A DNA stretch of 64,000 bases from the NCBI RefSeq assembly GCF_009914755.1, contig NC_060938.1; one strand, 5' to 3'. Both the position numbers and the translations under genes were made by a program. Below the pieces are notes generated by a model. That model saw only the letters and a program-made list of their open reading frames with translations, had not been told where the DNA came from and ran no database searches. Numbering within the stretch: the stretch's first letter is position 1; every line of letters begins with the position of its first letter. Of the stretch, positions 22,679 to 42,117 are shown piece after piece. The DNA is from the human T2T-CHM13v2.0 reference genome, Homo sapiens.

Positions 22679-23828
22679 GGTATTTTTAAATTAGAGTTCT
22701 TCTAAGATTTATCTGAAAAAGTTACACTACTAAAAAATTTGCAACCCACACCCAAGGACATAATTTGTCTGGGCATAGAGACTTGATGGCACTTCAAGTA
22801 GCTGGATGAGCTTCTCTTAACATGCGATTTCTCTCAGGTTTACATTCTTCTTGACTGCCCTTGTTCCTTTCCTATTCTATTTGAAGCAAAATGGTTAACG
22901 TTCTTCCACTTTCACCAGGACAGCCCTATTTGCCCCTTCCTTGTCCTTGTTAGCCTGGTTTTATAAAGCCTCTTTTGCAGGGGTCGGAACAGTTAATAGC
23001 ATTGGGGATTGTCGCTTGTTCCCTGTAGATGAAAAGTATTTTTCTATTGTTTAAAAAAAAATCGAGGTCATTCTCCAAAGTAATTTCCTGAAATAAAGCG
23101 TGGGAGGAAGTCATGGGCATGAGGATGAGTCATCAGGCAGCAGCACGAGGCTGCAGGCGTGAGCTGGGGAGCCCTGGCTCAGTCCTCCGCAGGCTTGGAT
23201 CCCTGAGCGGAGCAGGCCACTGGGGCCTTCTGCCGTGAGAAGAGACCTACTGAGAGGCGGGGAGTGGGGGTGGGAGTGGTTGCTTCTGACCTGTAGGACA
23301 GTGGTCAGCGTGGGCGGGTGGAGGCACAGGAGAAGGCCGACAGGCCCTGGGTCCTAGGGCCACTCAGCTGCTGGAAAATGAAGTTCAGAGTTGTTTGGAC
23401 TGTCTGAAGTAGGATAGAACCAGCCTTAGCCCTAGTTAGGTAACACATGGCAGAGGCACCTGAGCAAAGACGTGAGCTGGACCATGGGCTTCCTGGCAGG
23501 ACTTCCACGGAGGAGGGCGAGGGGAGAGGAGCAAGGGAGCAGAAGGCAGCTTGCCGTCCACGAAGCCTCCTGAGGCCCCAGATGAGTCACCAGACAACAG
23601 CCTGTCTACTTAAAGCAACTGCTGGGCAACTGCTGAGTAGAACAGTCCCTAACCACATGAACACTGGGGAGGAGGTTCTGAAAGACGCTGCTGGGTGCAA
23701 GGTCCCTAACTAGGGTAATCCAATTTCACTCCAGGCTAACATGAGAAATTATGACTCCAGCAGCCAATCCTGTGGGCCGTGAGAGAGTGGGAGAGGGATT
23801 TTCCAGATATAAGTCCCACTAGAGCTTC

Positions 23829-24126
23829 TTTTTTTTTTTTTTTTTTGATACGGAGTCTCACTCTGTTATCCACGCTGGAGTGCAGTGGCACCATCTCGGC
23901 TCACTGCAAGCTCCGCCTCCCGGGTTCAAGCGATTCTGTTGCCCCAGCCTCCTGAGCAGATGGGACTACAGATGTGCACCACCATGCCCAGCTAATTTTT
24001 GTATTTTTAGTAGAGACAGGGTTTCACTATGTCGGCCAGGCTGGTCTCGAACTCCTGACCTCATGATTCTCCTGCCTTGGCCTCCTAAAGTGTTGGGATC
24101 ACTGGCATAAGCCACAGCTTCCGGCT
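23829..24126 (-). mobile_element. AluS
   Basis: TSD AGTCCCACTAGAGCTTCT. Confidence 0.92.
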
Positions 24127-24354
24127 GAGTCCCACTAGAGCTTCTAAGAAGAAATTAGGGAAGCAGGATTATGAGAGGCCTGGTCCCACTCACAGTGTGC
24201 GACATCACTGATGACTATGCTTGGTTACCTGCCTTGTTATTTGCTACCTTTGTTATTGTCTATTTCTTGGTAATTAGTAGTACACTATAGTGATTAGGAG
24301 TGATCAAGAAGATGCCTGGCTTCATATTCCAACTTTGTCGTTTACTAACTGTGA

Positions 24355-25104
<750 letters not shown>

Positions 25105-25116
25105 GATAGGACCAAC

Positions 25117-27762
<2,646 letters not shown>

Positions 27763-27985
27763 TGAGGTAAAAATGTTTAAGTGAGAATGTGTATAAAGCC
27801 CTTGGCATTGGTAAGGGTGATGATGAGGATAGAAATAATAGTAGCAAGAGAAACAGTGATGGTGACAAGCCAAATAGCAGTTGTGTGCTGGTTTGGGGAT
27901 GGGGGAGTGGATGGGAAGGTGGGGAAGGGCTGTCCTGCAAGCTTGGGGCCCAAGGGAATCTGAGAGGAAGAGCTTCCTACTGTGA

Positions 27986-28399
<414 letters not shown>

Positions 28400-28854
28400 T
28401 AGGACTCTTCATTGAAGCCATCTGAGTGGATTCTGTCTCCTGCTGGGACCTCAACTAATCCAGTATTTGATGATTGCTGTGTGTCCTTCCGTCAGTCTTT
28501 TGAGATGGTCCTCAAACCAGCGCCTTCTCTGAACTTCCCTTGGCTTCTTCCCTTGGCTGTAGACACTAACATTTCCTGAAGCACCCAGGTGTGACTTTTA
28601 GTCATGCTTGATTGATGCTTCCCTCTCCCTGAGCCCCCACATCCTGACACTCTTACCCCCACCAATCTCTCATGCCCACTCCTTCCTTTCCCTTCCCCTG
28701 GCTTCTCCTTCCCTTCCCTTCCCCTGGCTTCTCTTTCCCATTCCGAACTTCCTTCCTCCCCCTTGGGCTGTGACAGGAGTCTCCTAACTCGACCCCCACG
28801 CTCTTCTACACCCTCATTCAGATGAATCTCTCTAAAGCTGGAGCTTTCCTGTTT

Positions 28855-29487
<633 letters not shown>

Positions 29488-30282
29488 AGAACTATATTTT
29501 ACCTTACAACCCAATACACACACACAAAACTCACAAAGCAATACTGCATTCTGTTTTATTCATGATCCACTAAATTGACTTTGTGGCTCAATAACGGGTC
29601 ATATCCCACAGTTTGAAAACACTGCCTCAAAGCATAGCTCCGATTATGCCACTGCTCCAGGGAAAGCTTTCAGTTATCTCTGGCATCCACTGAATTGAGT
29701 ACAAGTTTAACCTGGCATTAAAGGTCTTTTATAGGATGACCCCAAGTTGTCTGTCTAAACATTTCTCTCCCTACCTCCAATTATGCCATTTAACCTGTCC
29801 GGTTCTTAGTGGTCTAATATATTGCATGGGAATAAAAATACTTTCCTAGCCTGGAAGCCAGGGGTAGACCAGATGGTCCATTTAGTTTCCTTCATCTATA
29901 AGAGCTATGACTCTGGGATTGTAAGTACCCAATATCAATGACCAAACACATCTCCTCTCTGGTGTTTGTGCATTCTCATGTCTTTATCTGTGTTCATGTT
30001 GTTTCCTTTAGTCTCTATCCATCTCCCTCTATCTTCCTGTGTTGAAATCCCAACAAAGTCCAACGAGAGCAAAGGACACAGGAAGGAAAGGTAGGAACTT
30101 ACTCAAGGAATGCAATTAGTCCACTAAGGCCAGAGACATGAAGGCTGGCATATTACCTGAGATGGGCTGGGCTAGATCACACCAAACCAAGAGCCTCAGG
30201 CTGAGATTTTACCTTAAATTAGAAGTCATAGGGAGTCAGGGCTAGCTTCTGGGCAGGTGTGACATGTTCAAAGGTGAGGTTG

Positions 30283-30609
<327 letters not shown>

Positions 30610-30976
30610 TTACCTGGAGCTGGGGACATAAGAGGTTACTTCAACAGTGAAATGGACAGAGCCTAGATATAATTAGTATCAGGCCAGACCATGGATGAAT
30701 TCTAGAAATCCAGGCAGGCAGCATCTGGGAGGTATGGCTTTGGCTACAGATGAGTGTGCTGGAGAGCAGGAGGGACACGGTGTCAAGGTAAAAGGGGCAG
30801 GCCTGAGCAGTGAGTGCCTGGCTGGAACACAGTGCAGGGACACAGCCAGGGACTGGGACTTGGGAGCAGGAGGCCATCCGTGGGAGGCTGATGAGAGCTG
30901 AGCTTCTGACAGCAAATAAAAGATGTTACTCTTAACTCAGTTCCTGCTGTGTGACGGGTTCCCTAGAAAGCTCTCT

Positions 30977-31158
30977 GGGGGGGGGGGGAGGGGGGAGGGA
31001 TAGCATTAGGAGAAATACCTAATGTAAATGATGAATTAATGGGTGCAGCAAACCAACATGGCACATGCGTAAATGTGTAACAAACCTGCACGTTGTGCAC
31101 ATGTACCCTAGGACTTAAAGTATACTAAAAAAAAAAAAAAAAAGAAGAAGAAGAAGAA
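30977..31158 (+). mobile_element. L1PA 3' end, heavily 5' truncated
   Basis: GGGATAGCATTAGGAGAAATACCTAATG...TGCACATGTACCCTAG...TTAAAGTAT followed by poly(A)/(GAA)n. Confidence 0.92.
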
Positions 31159-31677
31159 AGTACTCTATGGAACCCATTGCTTGTCATCCATCTGGCACCA
31201 AAACCTAAACTCTGAATGATACCAAACTACCACCAAGGTCTCTAAGGCACAGATGCAAATTCTCTCTCCTCCTGGGACCTAGCACAGTGCTTGCACAGAG
31301 CAGGCCTTGACAGGTTTTTGTTGGGTAGAATTGCAAAGGGATTATCGTCGTTATCATCCCATGGATAACACTGTTTGCTTCTCTGTCTTCATGGGTGACT
31401 TTTTTTGTGTCCTGGGCCTGAACTGTCTTCTAAATACTAGAGCTCTGTGGCCGGTTATGTTAATATTCTGATTTCATTAACCTAAATGCATTTCTAGATG
31501 AAAGCCTTGATACGCAGCTTCAACAACTGGTGCCAGTGTGAACTGGCAAGCCAGCAGCATTACTGTGCTGTTGTCTTTCATCCCAGAGCCCTTGAGGAGC
31601 AGTGAGAACTCAGTACTGTGGTGAAACATTACCTATGAAGAGTCATGAGACTTGCTTCCTTCTGGTGCAGAAGAAAC

Positions 31678-32801
<1,124 letters not shown>

Positions 32802-35786
32802 TTAAAGTACAAAGGGCTAAACAACATTTTTAAATTGTGGTTTATTTTAATGTTTATTTTTAAAATTAAAATTGTATAATGAATATTGCCTTTCCCTCCT
32901 GTAGGTATACCTCTGCGTCTGAGTTCATAACCTCACTTTCAGATAGCTCAAAAGCCCATATTTGAGGCCCTTTATGGATATGGTGACTGGATCTATCCCC
33001 ACCCATGGCTGGTCCCTTGTCCCCATCCCCCATCAGCTCCCTTGCCATGTCATGATGCTCAGAGGGCTGAACTGTGGTTTATTACGTGTGTCTTAGACTA
33101 ATGCCAGACTATCCACCTCCTGCGCAACCACGGAGGAGACTCCCTTTGACTTCAAATTGAGCCTGGAGCTTTGATCTGCCCTGAGAGGCTCACACTCAGA
33201 TGCAGGACTCTGTTGTGGTCTGAGGCAACTCTTCTAGGTTGGGAAAGCCTTTCCTGCCCAGCCGACAGTAAACCATGCTATTTGGCTTAAGTTATATCTA
33301 TGGTTTCCCCACATGCATTAGAACTGTGGGGAACACCCTCTATGTATATGCTTGGACATGCTCATCTGTAGCAATAGGGAAAGAAGGGATTCCCCAGGGA
33401 ACCTCTTTTGCTTGGCCACATGATAAACTCCTCTAAAGCCACAGAGTCAGGAATAGGAGGTGCCGTGATGTCCAAACACAGAAGCACATGATCTGATTTC
33501 CATTGTGATAATATGAGGAACTGCCAGCGCCCTTTTTTTAAAACAACAAAGAGACCTAACCCACAATACGAATAGATTTACCAGATTTTGGTTTTAGGAA
33601 ACAATGGATATGAGGGACTCATTTCTTTGGAATCTGCTTCTTCTACAGCTTGGTGTTTCGGGGGGACCCAAACTGGGGCCTCCCACAAGGCCAACCGAAG
33701 TCTGAGGCAAAACCTTGCTGGATTTCCTTACTAAGACCTTTTCTCTAAGAATTTCAAATTTGTTTTGAGAGAGTTAAGGAGTTAGCACTTCCCTGACAAC
33801 ACTTAAGAAGAAAAGGGCTTCCATTTCTTCTGGTAGTAGAAGATCTGAGCCCTGTGGCCTGTTCTGTGTCCTTGGTGGTGGATTGATTCCTGCCCCAGGG
33901 TTCACTGACAGCTGAAAATGTGAAGGGACGCTGAGGAACAGGGAGTGATGCAGTTAGAGGGAGCTCTCTAAAGAACTTGGTAACCCAGAAATTCTTCATG
34001 TGTAAAAATGCCTACCCATCCCAAAAAGCCGATAAGAAGGAGCAGGCAAAATAACAGAGTCTCTAATATTGCTAAAGGAATAAAAATACTTTTTTTTCAC
34101 ATCAATTTCATCTTAATTACAAAGATGCATGAATGTGATGACGTAGCTGTCACTATCGTGTTTCCTGGCACACAGCTATGTTATTTTGTTTCCTTACAGG
34201 CTTGTAGCAAAGGAAAAAACATTAAAAAAATTTTAAGTCTCAAGGGGAAAAAAGACACAAGTGGAAGGAACATTTTTTTCTTCAGACCAGTTCACACTTG
34301 CATTTGAAAAAGTAGCACATCTCTTAACATATTTATCTTAGGAAGCTTCCACCCCGCCCAGGAGAAATGCTAGAAATTATGGCTAGTTACTTTGTGTTTA
34401 TCTTGGGTATTAGCTCTTGAAAGAAGAGAAAATTATAATGGAAGTACCTGTCTATTATTAATTACTGAGCTTCAGAAATCCTGTCACATGACTTCTAGTG
34501 TGTCTTTCTAAAGGAAATAATGACCATGGCCTTCCCTTCCTTACTTTGCCTTTAAGAATGAAAATTCTGGTGTAGCTTTTATATGAATTCTGGGGAATTT
34601 GATCATGACTATAGCAGTTCCTTCACTCCTGTTCCCACCACCCTCTTTCTCACCAACTAAAGGTGATTTTCTCCATCTCCTGCCATCAAGGACATTGGCA
34701 GACTGGGCAAAGTGGTGCACAGGAGTTTGAGGCTGCAGTGAGCTATGATTACACCACCGCACTCCAGCCTGGGCCACCGAGAAAGACCCTGTCTCTAAAT
34801 AAATAGAACATCGACGCTGGTGACTCCTTCATATCTAGGAAAAAGAGATGTTCTGGCATTTATTCACTTTATTTGGCATGTATTCATTTAGTGCCTGGTA
34901 TTTTGCTAGGCACTGGGGATAAAAGAGTGACCAAAAAAGGACAGAGCCCTATTATTAAGTGGTAAGAATCATACCAATAAATATGAAATGACACTCTGAC
35001 AAATCCTATTCTTTCCAAGGAGAAATCCTGCTTGTTCTTAACTCATTCCTTCCTAACCTTCTTGTCCCTCTGCAACTGCAGCCTTAACCTGTTCACCTGA
35101 TCCTTCCTCCCAATCAGCAACATGCTCTGGTTTCCCCTTTTAACCCTGCCTCCAAATAGTCTTACCTTCCTCACCTTCTTTTTAGCCAACAAACCATGTA
35201 AGTTGGTACCCACTGGCTTTCTCCAACCTACTGGAAATTCTGTCTCAGGACTGGCCACAAAGGCCTCGCCATTACTGAATCCTCACCGCAGCCTTCACTG
35301 TGGCTCCTGATCTCTCCACTGTGTCTAACGCCCTGACTGCCTCCACCTGGAAAAGTTCTTCCCCCATCAGACAAGCCTCTCTTCTTTCTCCTTACACCAC
35401 ATAGGGACTGGTGTTCCCCAGGTTCCAGTCTTGGCCCTGTTCTGTCTTCTGTCCATTCTGGGAGATGGCACTGAGTTTCAAGCCTTCAATGGCACTCTCC
35501 CCTACACCTCCAATTTGAGTTTCTCCTGAGCTCAGACCCATGTTTTCATGTCAGCCATTATTCTTGAATGCCCTGTTGGACTTCAAATCTGAAGATGTGC
35601 AAAACAAACCTCATGGTTTTCCCTCCCAACCCAGTCTTTCTCTGTTCTCCGTCACCATCCACAGCATGGCTTTCCATTCAGGGACCCATAGCAGAAACTT
35701 CCAAGTTATCTGTGACTACATTTTTTTTTTCACCTTATTGGGACATTCTGTCTGCCATTGTGTTCACCTGAAAATGTCTGTCACAA

Positions 35787-35968
35787 TGAGAGATGACAAA
35801 TAGGTTTCATCTAATGTACCAGCTGTGACTGATTGGCAAGTGGCTGCCTGGAGCACTGTGTTGAGAAAGATTCTGAGGCAGCATCTGACCTCAGCAAGAA
35901 AAAGTAGCGTGATTTGTTATCACCTCTGCCTTGGGTGGTGGAAGGCATGCCAGGCATTTGCCATCTGG
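35787..35968. mobile_element. hAT-Charlie-type MITE
   Basis: Degenerate TIRs GATGACAAATA / CATTTGCCATC. Confidence 0.5.
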
Positions 35969-36269
35969 CTGCAAACTTCACCAGTAAGCAAATGGAGATA
36001 AGCTCCTCCGGGTCCCATCGCCACTGCCCTGGGTTCTCTCTTAAGAGTGTTGCAATAACCTCTCTTGGTCTTCTCCTTTCTGTCTCTCTTCCCCTTCCCC
36101 ACCCAGCCCTTGCATTATCCCTCTAGGGCAAATTTCTCCTACTGGGTTAAAGCACATGGCATTAAAGGCCATTGCGAATGTGACTACAGCACCCCTCCCT
36201 TCCTCCAAACGTCCCATGTGCTCCCGGATCAGGTAGTAGGGCATTGTGGTTCACAGCATGGACTCGAGG

Positions 36270-36455
36270 CCTTCCTGCCTGGTTTCAAACCCCAAATCTG
36301 ACACTTACCAGTTGTGTGACCCTGATTAAGTTATTTGACTCTCTGTGACTCTGTTTTCTCAGCAGCAAAATGAGAAGATCTACCTTATAGGTTTGTTGTG
36401 AGCATTAAATGAGTTAAAGTATAGAAAATGCCCAGAATATCTGCAGGCATATGAT
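36270..36455 (+). mobile_element. MIR
   Basis: CACTTACCAGTTGTGTGACC...AAGTTATTTGACTCTCTGTG core. Confidence 0.75.
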
Positions 36456-36671
36456 AAACCGAATGTCAATGTTCAGTCTTATTGCTACCACACCCGCACC
36501 CTAATCCTCATTGGCTTTGATCAGGCTGTTTCCACGGGCCTGCCCCACCTTTCCCAACTCTCAGGAAGAATGAAGTGTTCCTCGCGTTGTCCTTCCATAG
36601 CACGGGTAATATTCCTCTACTCCAGCAGTTATTGCATTGTACTGGGGTTAGTTGTTCATGTGTGTGTCTGA

Positions 36672-37039
<368 letters not shown>

Positions 37040-38672
37040 TGTGTCCTCTACTTCTACCAGAGCAGAAGTCTGGAGGACAGTAGATATGATAATGTGTGAA
37101 TGATGACATGTTAAATAACTGAATGAATGAATGAATTGGCAGCAGAGACAGAACGAGCACTGGGTGCTAATAATGGTTATAGTGGAAACTTGTTTATCTC
37201 CAAGGGAGATAATAAACAAAAGTTTACCTCCTGGAATACTATCTCCATAGCAGGTAAATTCTTTCTTGAATACCAGTACATCTCCAGGAATCAGTTACCC
37301 AGCTCTGACTTTTCCTTTGCCCCTAGAAAGGGCTTTTGTTAACTTAAATGTAATCGTGCTCATTCTCATCTCTATAAACATAAATTGCACTTTTTATGGC
37401 CTATATGGCCTAGTTCCTCCCCCATCTGTAATTCTATGCTAGGTATAGAACAAACAGAAACTTCTTACTCAATTGTAAGACCTCTGACCTTTACTCTCAA
37501 AGGACCAGGGGCCAGTAGTGCTGAGGATTTCATGATTGCTGCTAATGATAACGAGGCATTTGGAGAGCTCTGACTTGCAACCTGGATGAGAAAGAATTAG
37601 CTCTTTTCTGAAAACTACCTGCCTCATGCTCTTGCTATGATTTAGATTGTGCATTTGTAGTCAATAGACTTCCACAGTTTATAGTAAACAGCCAGACCTA
37701 ACTACACGTCTCTTAGCTTCTCTGTGAAGTTTGCAACCTTGGTTCTGCCCTTGGCAGAAGCACATGGCACGCCCTTCAAAAGTGCAGAGAGGGGCAAATC
37801 CTCCTCCACGTTCCCTGATTTTCTGCACAAACTAGATCTCCCCAGCTCATTCCACAGAGATATTTATGGTTGCTGGCTAGCAGACATATTGAAAATATTC
37901 ATGGCACGTTGCCAATGTGCAGATCTGGAAGAAACAGGAGCCTGTCAGTCCTGTTCCACCCCACCCTGCCACAGCCCTGGCAAGCCTCATGGGTCAGTTT
38001 GCACTGTGAACACTCCCACTTCATTGCAGGCGACGCTTATCAATAGCGGCCCTGGCCTCCTCCCTCTGCTCTCTGTAACATAACAGGCTGGCAGCGCCCA
38101 GAGAGGATTTTGACTATTCCAGTTTTAGTAAAAGGCTGGGGGAAATCCATATAAGCAAGTCTATTGTTCTTGGGGAGAAAAAGAGTATGACTTTGGTGTA
38201 GAGAAAAGAGGACAGAATCTGCAGAGGGACAGGTAGGAGGCAGGATGACAGTCCTGGAGAATGCCACAGGTGGAGGCCAGAACATGGTGGATCCGGGCAA
38301 ATCTGAGCTGACAGTGGGCCAGGATGAGCTGCCTCGCAGGGAAGGTGCAGCCCAACCCCAGCTTCCCAGGAAAGACTTCCCCCTGAGTTGTAAGCCAGCA
38401 GTGTGGGAATCAGTGGGTGGGCAGTGTGGGATTCAGTGGGGAAATCCTACAACATGAGTCAAATAGCAGTAACCATGGTGACAACACTGAAAGCCAGCTC
38501 TCTCTGGCTCACGTCTCCACCAGCACACACACAGGACCCAGCCCTCCACAGTCAGGTGGCCTCCAGTGAGGCCCCATTTGGGTCTATATTCTGTATGAGG
38601 GCCCCTTGGTGGCAAGTGACAGAGACAAGCGTCAGCAAGCCTGAGCAGAAAAAGGATGCGAAAAGGGGAGGT

Positions 38673-38974
38673 GGGCCGGACGCGGTGGCTCACGCCTGCA
38701 GTCTCAGCACTTTGGGAGGCTGAGGTGGATGGATTGCTTGAGCCCAGGAGTTCAAGACCAGCCTGGAAAACATGGCGAAACCTCATCTCTACAAAAAATA
38801 CAAAAATTAACCCGGCATGGTGGCACGCGCTTGTAGTTCCAGCTACGTGGGAGGCAGAGATGGGAGATTCACTTGAGCCCAGGAAGTCAAGGCTGAAGTG
38901 AGCCATGATCACGCCACTGCACTCCAGCCTGGGCAACAGAGTGAGACCCTGTCTCCAAAAAAAAAAAAAAAAAA
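38673..38974 (+). mobile_element. AluJ-like
   Basis: Alu consensus. Confidence 0.9.
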
Positions 38975-39340
38975 GTGTTGGGGGAAGTTGGGGTTGGATT
39001 CCTTGGATTCAGAATCTGAGGAAAAAAAGAGGAAGGGTGTGGGGGCAAGAGCAATACACAAAATCCAAATGCAGATGTGAGACCAGGCCTCAGGAATTTA
39101 AATACTGCAGGACTCTCTCTGTCTTGTCCCTTCCCTCTGTACAGCTTCTCAACTCATCTCTGCAGACCGGCTTGCTCTACTCTTCCTTTATCATGGCAGA
39201 ATGTGCTTGGCTCCCAGGCTGACATGGTGCAGATGCAGCCACACATACCAACTGACTCACAATCCGTCAGGGGCCCAAACTCAAGCTTTCAGGTGAGAGA
39301 AACCAAATACTCAGCTGCGTTAGGAATTCCTTCTGATTCT

Positions 39341-40022
39341 TGCTGCAGGTGAGCCGTGACTATTGGGGCCAGTGGCGTGGGGGGGAGGTAAGAGGAATTT
39401 ATCAAGACAGTTGTAGATAAAGAAAGGCAGATTTATTAGAAAAAGTATAAAAATATGTTGCAAGGAAGCAATGGGCAGGCTGGCAAAAGAGAAGCTGAGT
39501 GAAAGGAGACAAAGGCTGGCTGGGGATTTTATAGGATGGAGCTCGTGCTGCGTGCTGAAGAGTTTTGTGTAGTACTGATGATGCCAAGGTTGCAGTGAGC
39601 TAACGTGCATTTTTTCTATCAGCCAAGGGTCTAGAGAGAGCTGGGAGCAGGCAGATTGTGAGTTATTTGCGCAAGAGGGCTATGTGTCCTGGACCATGAA
39701 GAAAGGCAGACTTATAGCTTATCTGCCTTTTTTTTTTTTTTTTTTTTTTTAGACAGAATCTCACTCTGTTGCCCAGGCTGGACTACAGGCACCTGCCACC
39801 ATGCCTGGCTAATTTTTGTATTTTTAGTAGAGATGGGGTTTCACCATGTTGGCCAGGCTGTTCTCGAACTCCTGACCTCAAGCGATCCACCCATCTCTGC
39901 CTCCCAAAGTGCTGGGATTACAGGCGTGAGCCACCGCGCCCAGCCTGCTGTCTCTTTTTGCTTTCCCTTGATCCCACCAGCCCAATTCTCCACTTCCCCC
40001 AGCCCCCAATTAGGACTCCACA
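39341..40022 (-). mobile_element. ERVL-class solo LTR (LTR47-like) containing an internally deleted Alu (39728-39945)
   Basis: TG...CA ends, 5-bp TSD ATTCT (39336-40 and 40023-27), TATAAAA and AATAAA on the - strand. Confidence 0.8.
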
Positions 40023-40326
40023 ATTCTCCCAACTCCACTTAAGGTGAGAGGTCATGAAGTGCTAGCTCGGTTGCCGGGCCACTTTATGAGGATGGCAGGG
40101 AGGGGATTCTGAGAGGAGTGGACAGGAGGTGCCCCATGGGTGTCTATGCTGGCACAGGTCCCTGTTGCAACTCACAGTGTTATTCTTGCCATTCCCACTT
40201 TCTCGGATCTTTACAAGCCTGCCCCTACTCCTTATTTAGGTCTCAGCTCAAATACCACCTCCTTGGAGAAATCTCTGCTGACCACACTTGCTGAACTGAC
40301 AGCCAGCTCCTCCCCTGCCCTTCTCT

Positions 40327-40703
40327 GATATGGGATGAATTGTGTCCCTCTCTCTTTGCAAAAACATTTATGTCAGTACCATCCGAGCCCCGGATACGTC
40401 AGAATGTGACTGTTTTTGGAGATAGGGCCTTTAAGGGGGCAATTAAGTTAAAATGAGGTCTTAATCTAATACGAATGTGTCCTTCTAACAAGAGGAGATT
40501 AGGACACAGACAGGCATATAAGAAAGACCATGTGAAGATATAGAGAGACGTAAAAGCCAAGGAGAGAGGCCTCAGAAGAAACCCACCCTTCCAACATCTG
40601 ATCTTGGACTTCTGGCCTCCAGAATTGGGAGAAAATAAATTTCTGTTATTTAAGTTACTCAGTTCCTGGTGCTTTGTTATGGCAGCCTTAGCAAGCTGGC
40701 ACA
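40327..40703 (+). mobile_element. MLT1B-like MaLR LTR
   Basis: GAATTGTGTCCC, GGAGATAGGGCC, TTGGACTTCTGGCCTCCAGAA, TTTGTTATGGCAGCC. Confidence 0.8.
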
Positions 40704-41849
40704 CTCTCTATCCCTTTCCCTGGTTTTATACTTCCTCAAGAGGCAGGTTAATGCTGTAGCGTGGTTAAGAGCGTAGCCCTGGGTGTGGCTGCAATAAGGG
40801 CAGTAGTAGTGGCAGCAGCCACTTCCTGTCTATAGACAGAAGTGACTGGTGGGAATGTGGGTTTGGTGATGGCTAGTGCTGAAGACAGGCCTGGGTTAGG
40901 CTTGAAGGACAAACAAGGAAGGTTAGGCTGAGGTGGCCAGGGCTGAGGTTGGGCTGGAGAAGGGGTTTTGCACCTGCGGTGGCACCTGGGACACCTCTTC
41001 TCCCTGATGCTGTTGGCCTGCCCATCCAAGGCAGGAGGGGCTAGCTCCCTTCTAAGCAGGTTCTGGCTCTCACTCTGTCCCAGGGGGCTCTAGTTGCAAC
41101 CCAGGTGGTAAGACCTTGTAAACCATCATTGGGCACATTACTGCCACCAACCCTATTTCATTTGTTGACCAGGTTTTGGTGAGCCTGTTCATTCAGCAAG
41201 CTAGAAGGGGTGGATTTTGCAAAATAGTTGAGGCATATATTAGGCCCCCACTAAAGGCCTTGGATATGAGTAAGTACATATAGATAACTGGGACTAGAAA
41301 CAGCAGACAGCCACAGTCATTTCGTTCTGAAACTGGAAATTACTTTGTCTTCAAGGCATAAATGGTTCCCCAGAACACTCAGCCTCTCTTTCAGTCCCTA
41401 AGTCTGCCAGCCACCCAGATTCCAGTTGTTGGCACCAGAAAGACCAAGTGCCCTGAGGCCTGACTCAACTCTTCACTTGTCACCCAGATGTGTTAACACC
41501 ATGTAGACACAGAATTGCCAAACTTGCCTGGGCTGCCCAGGGTCCAAATGTGAAAACTGGAAAGCAGCCGCTTTGCTCTTTTCTGGCTGTTCCTGTATTC
41601 TGCTGTCTACACGACTTAATACCAAGATTTTTGTTTATATTTCATAGGAACTTCAGCTTTTGTGAGACATTCTTTCCCTATCTGGCCCACTGTAGTGCTA
41701 ATTTCTGGGAAATTTCTCTCCTCTTTTCTGGCTTGTTCCAGGTTCACTCACTTTTTATATTTTCATAATTCTTCTATTCTCCTCTCTTTTTCCTTTCTCT
41801 CTGGTTCTATTTTCCTATTTAAAAGGTGACTTTAAAAAACTGGCTTTGC

Positions 41850-42117
41850 TGCCGGGCGCAGTGGCTCACGCCTGTAATCCCAGCACTTTGGGAGGCTGAG
41901 GTGGGCAGATCACCTGAGGTAGGGAGTTTGAGACTAGCCTGACCAACGTGGAGAAACCCCATCTCTACTAAAAATTGGCCAGGGTGGTGGTGCATGCCTG
42001 TAATCCCAGCTACTGGGGAGGCTGAGGCAGGAGGAGAATCACTTGAACCTGGGAGTGGAGGTTGCGGTGAGCCGAGCAAAACTCCGTCTCAAAAAAATAA
42101 AATAAATAAATAAATAA
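41850..42117 (+). mobile_element. AluS
   Basis: Alu consensus. Confidence 0.88.

Noticed and set aside
28681-28740. Short pyrimidine-rich duplication
   Set aside because: Low-complexity slippage with no evident significance
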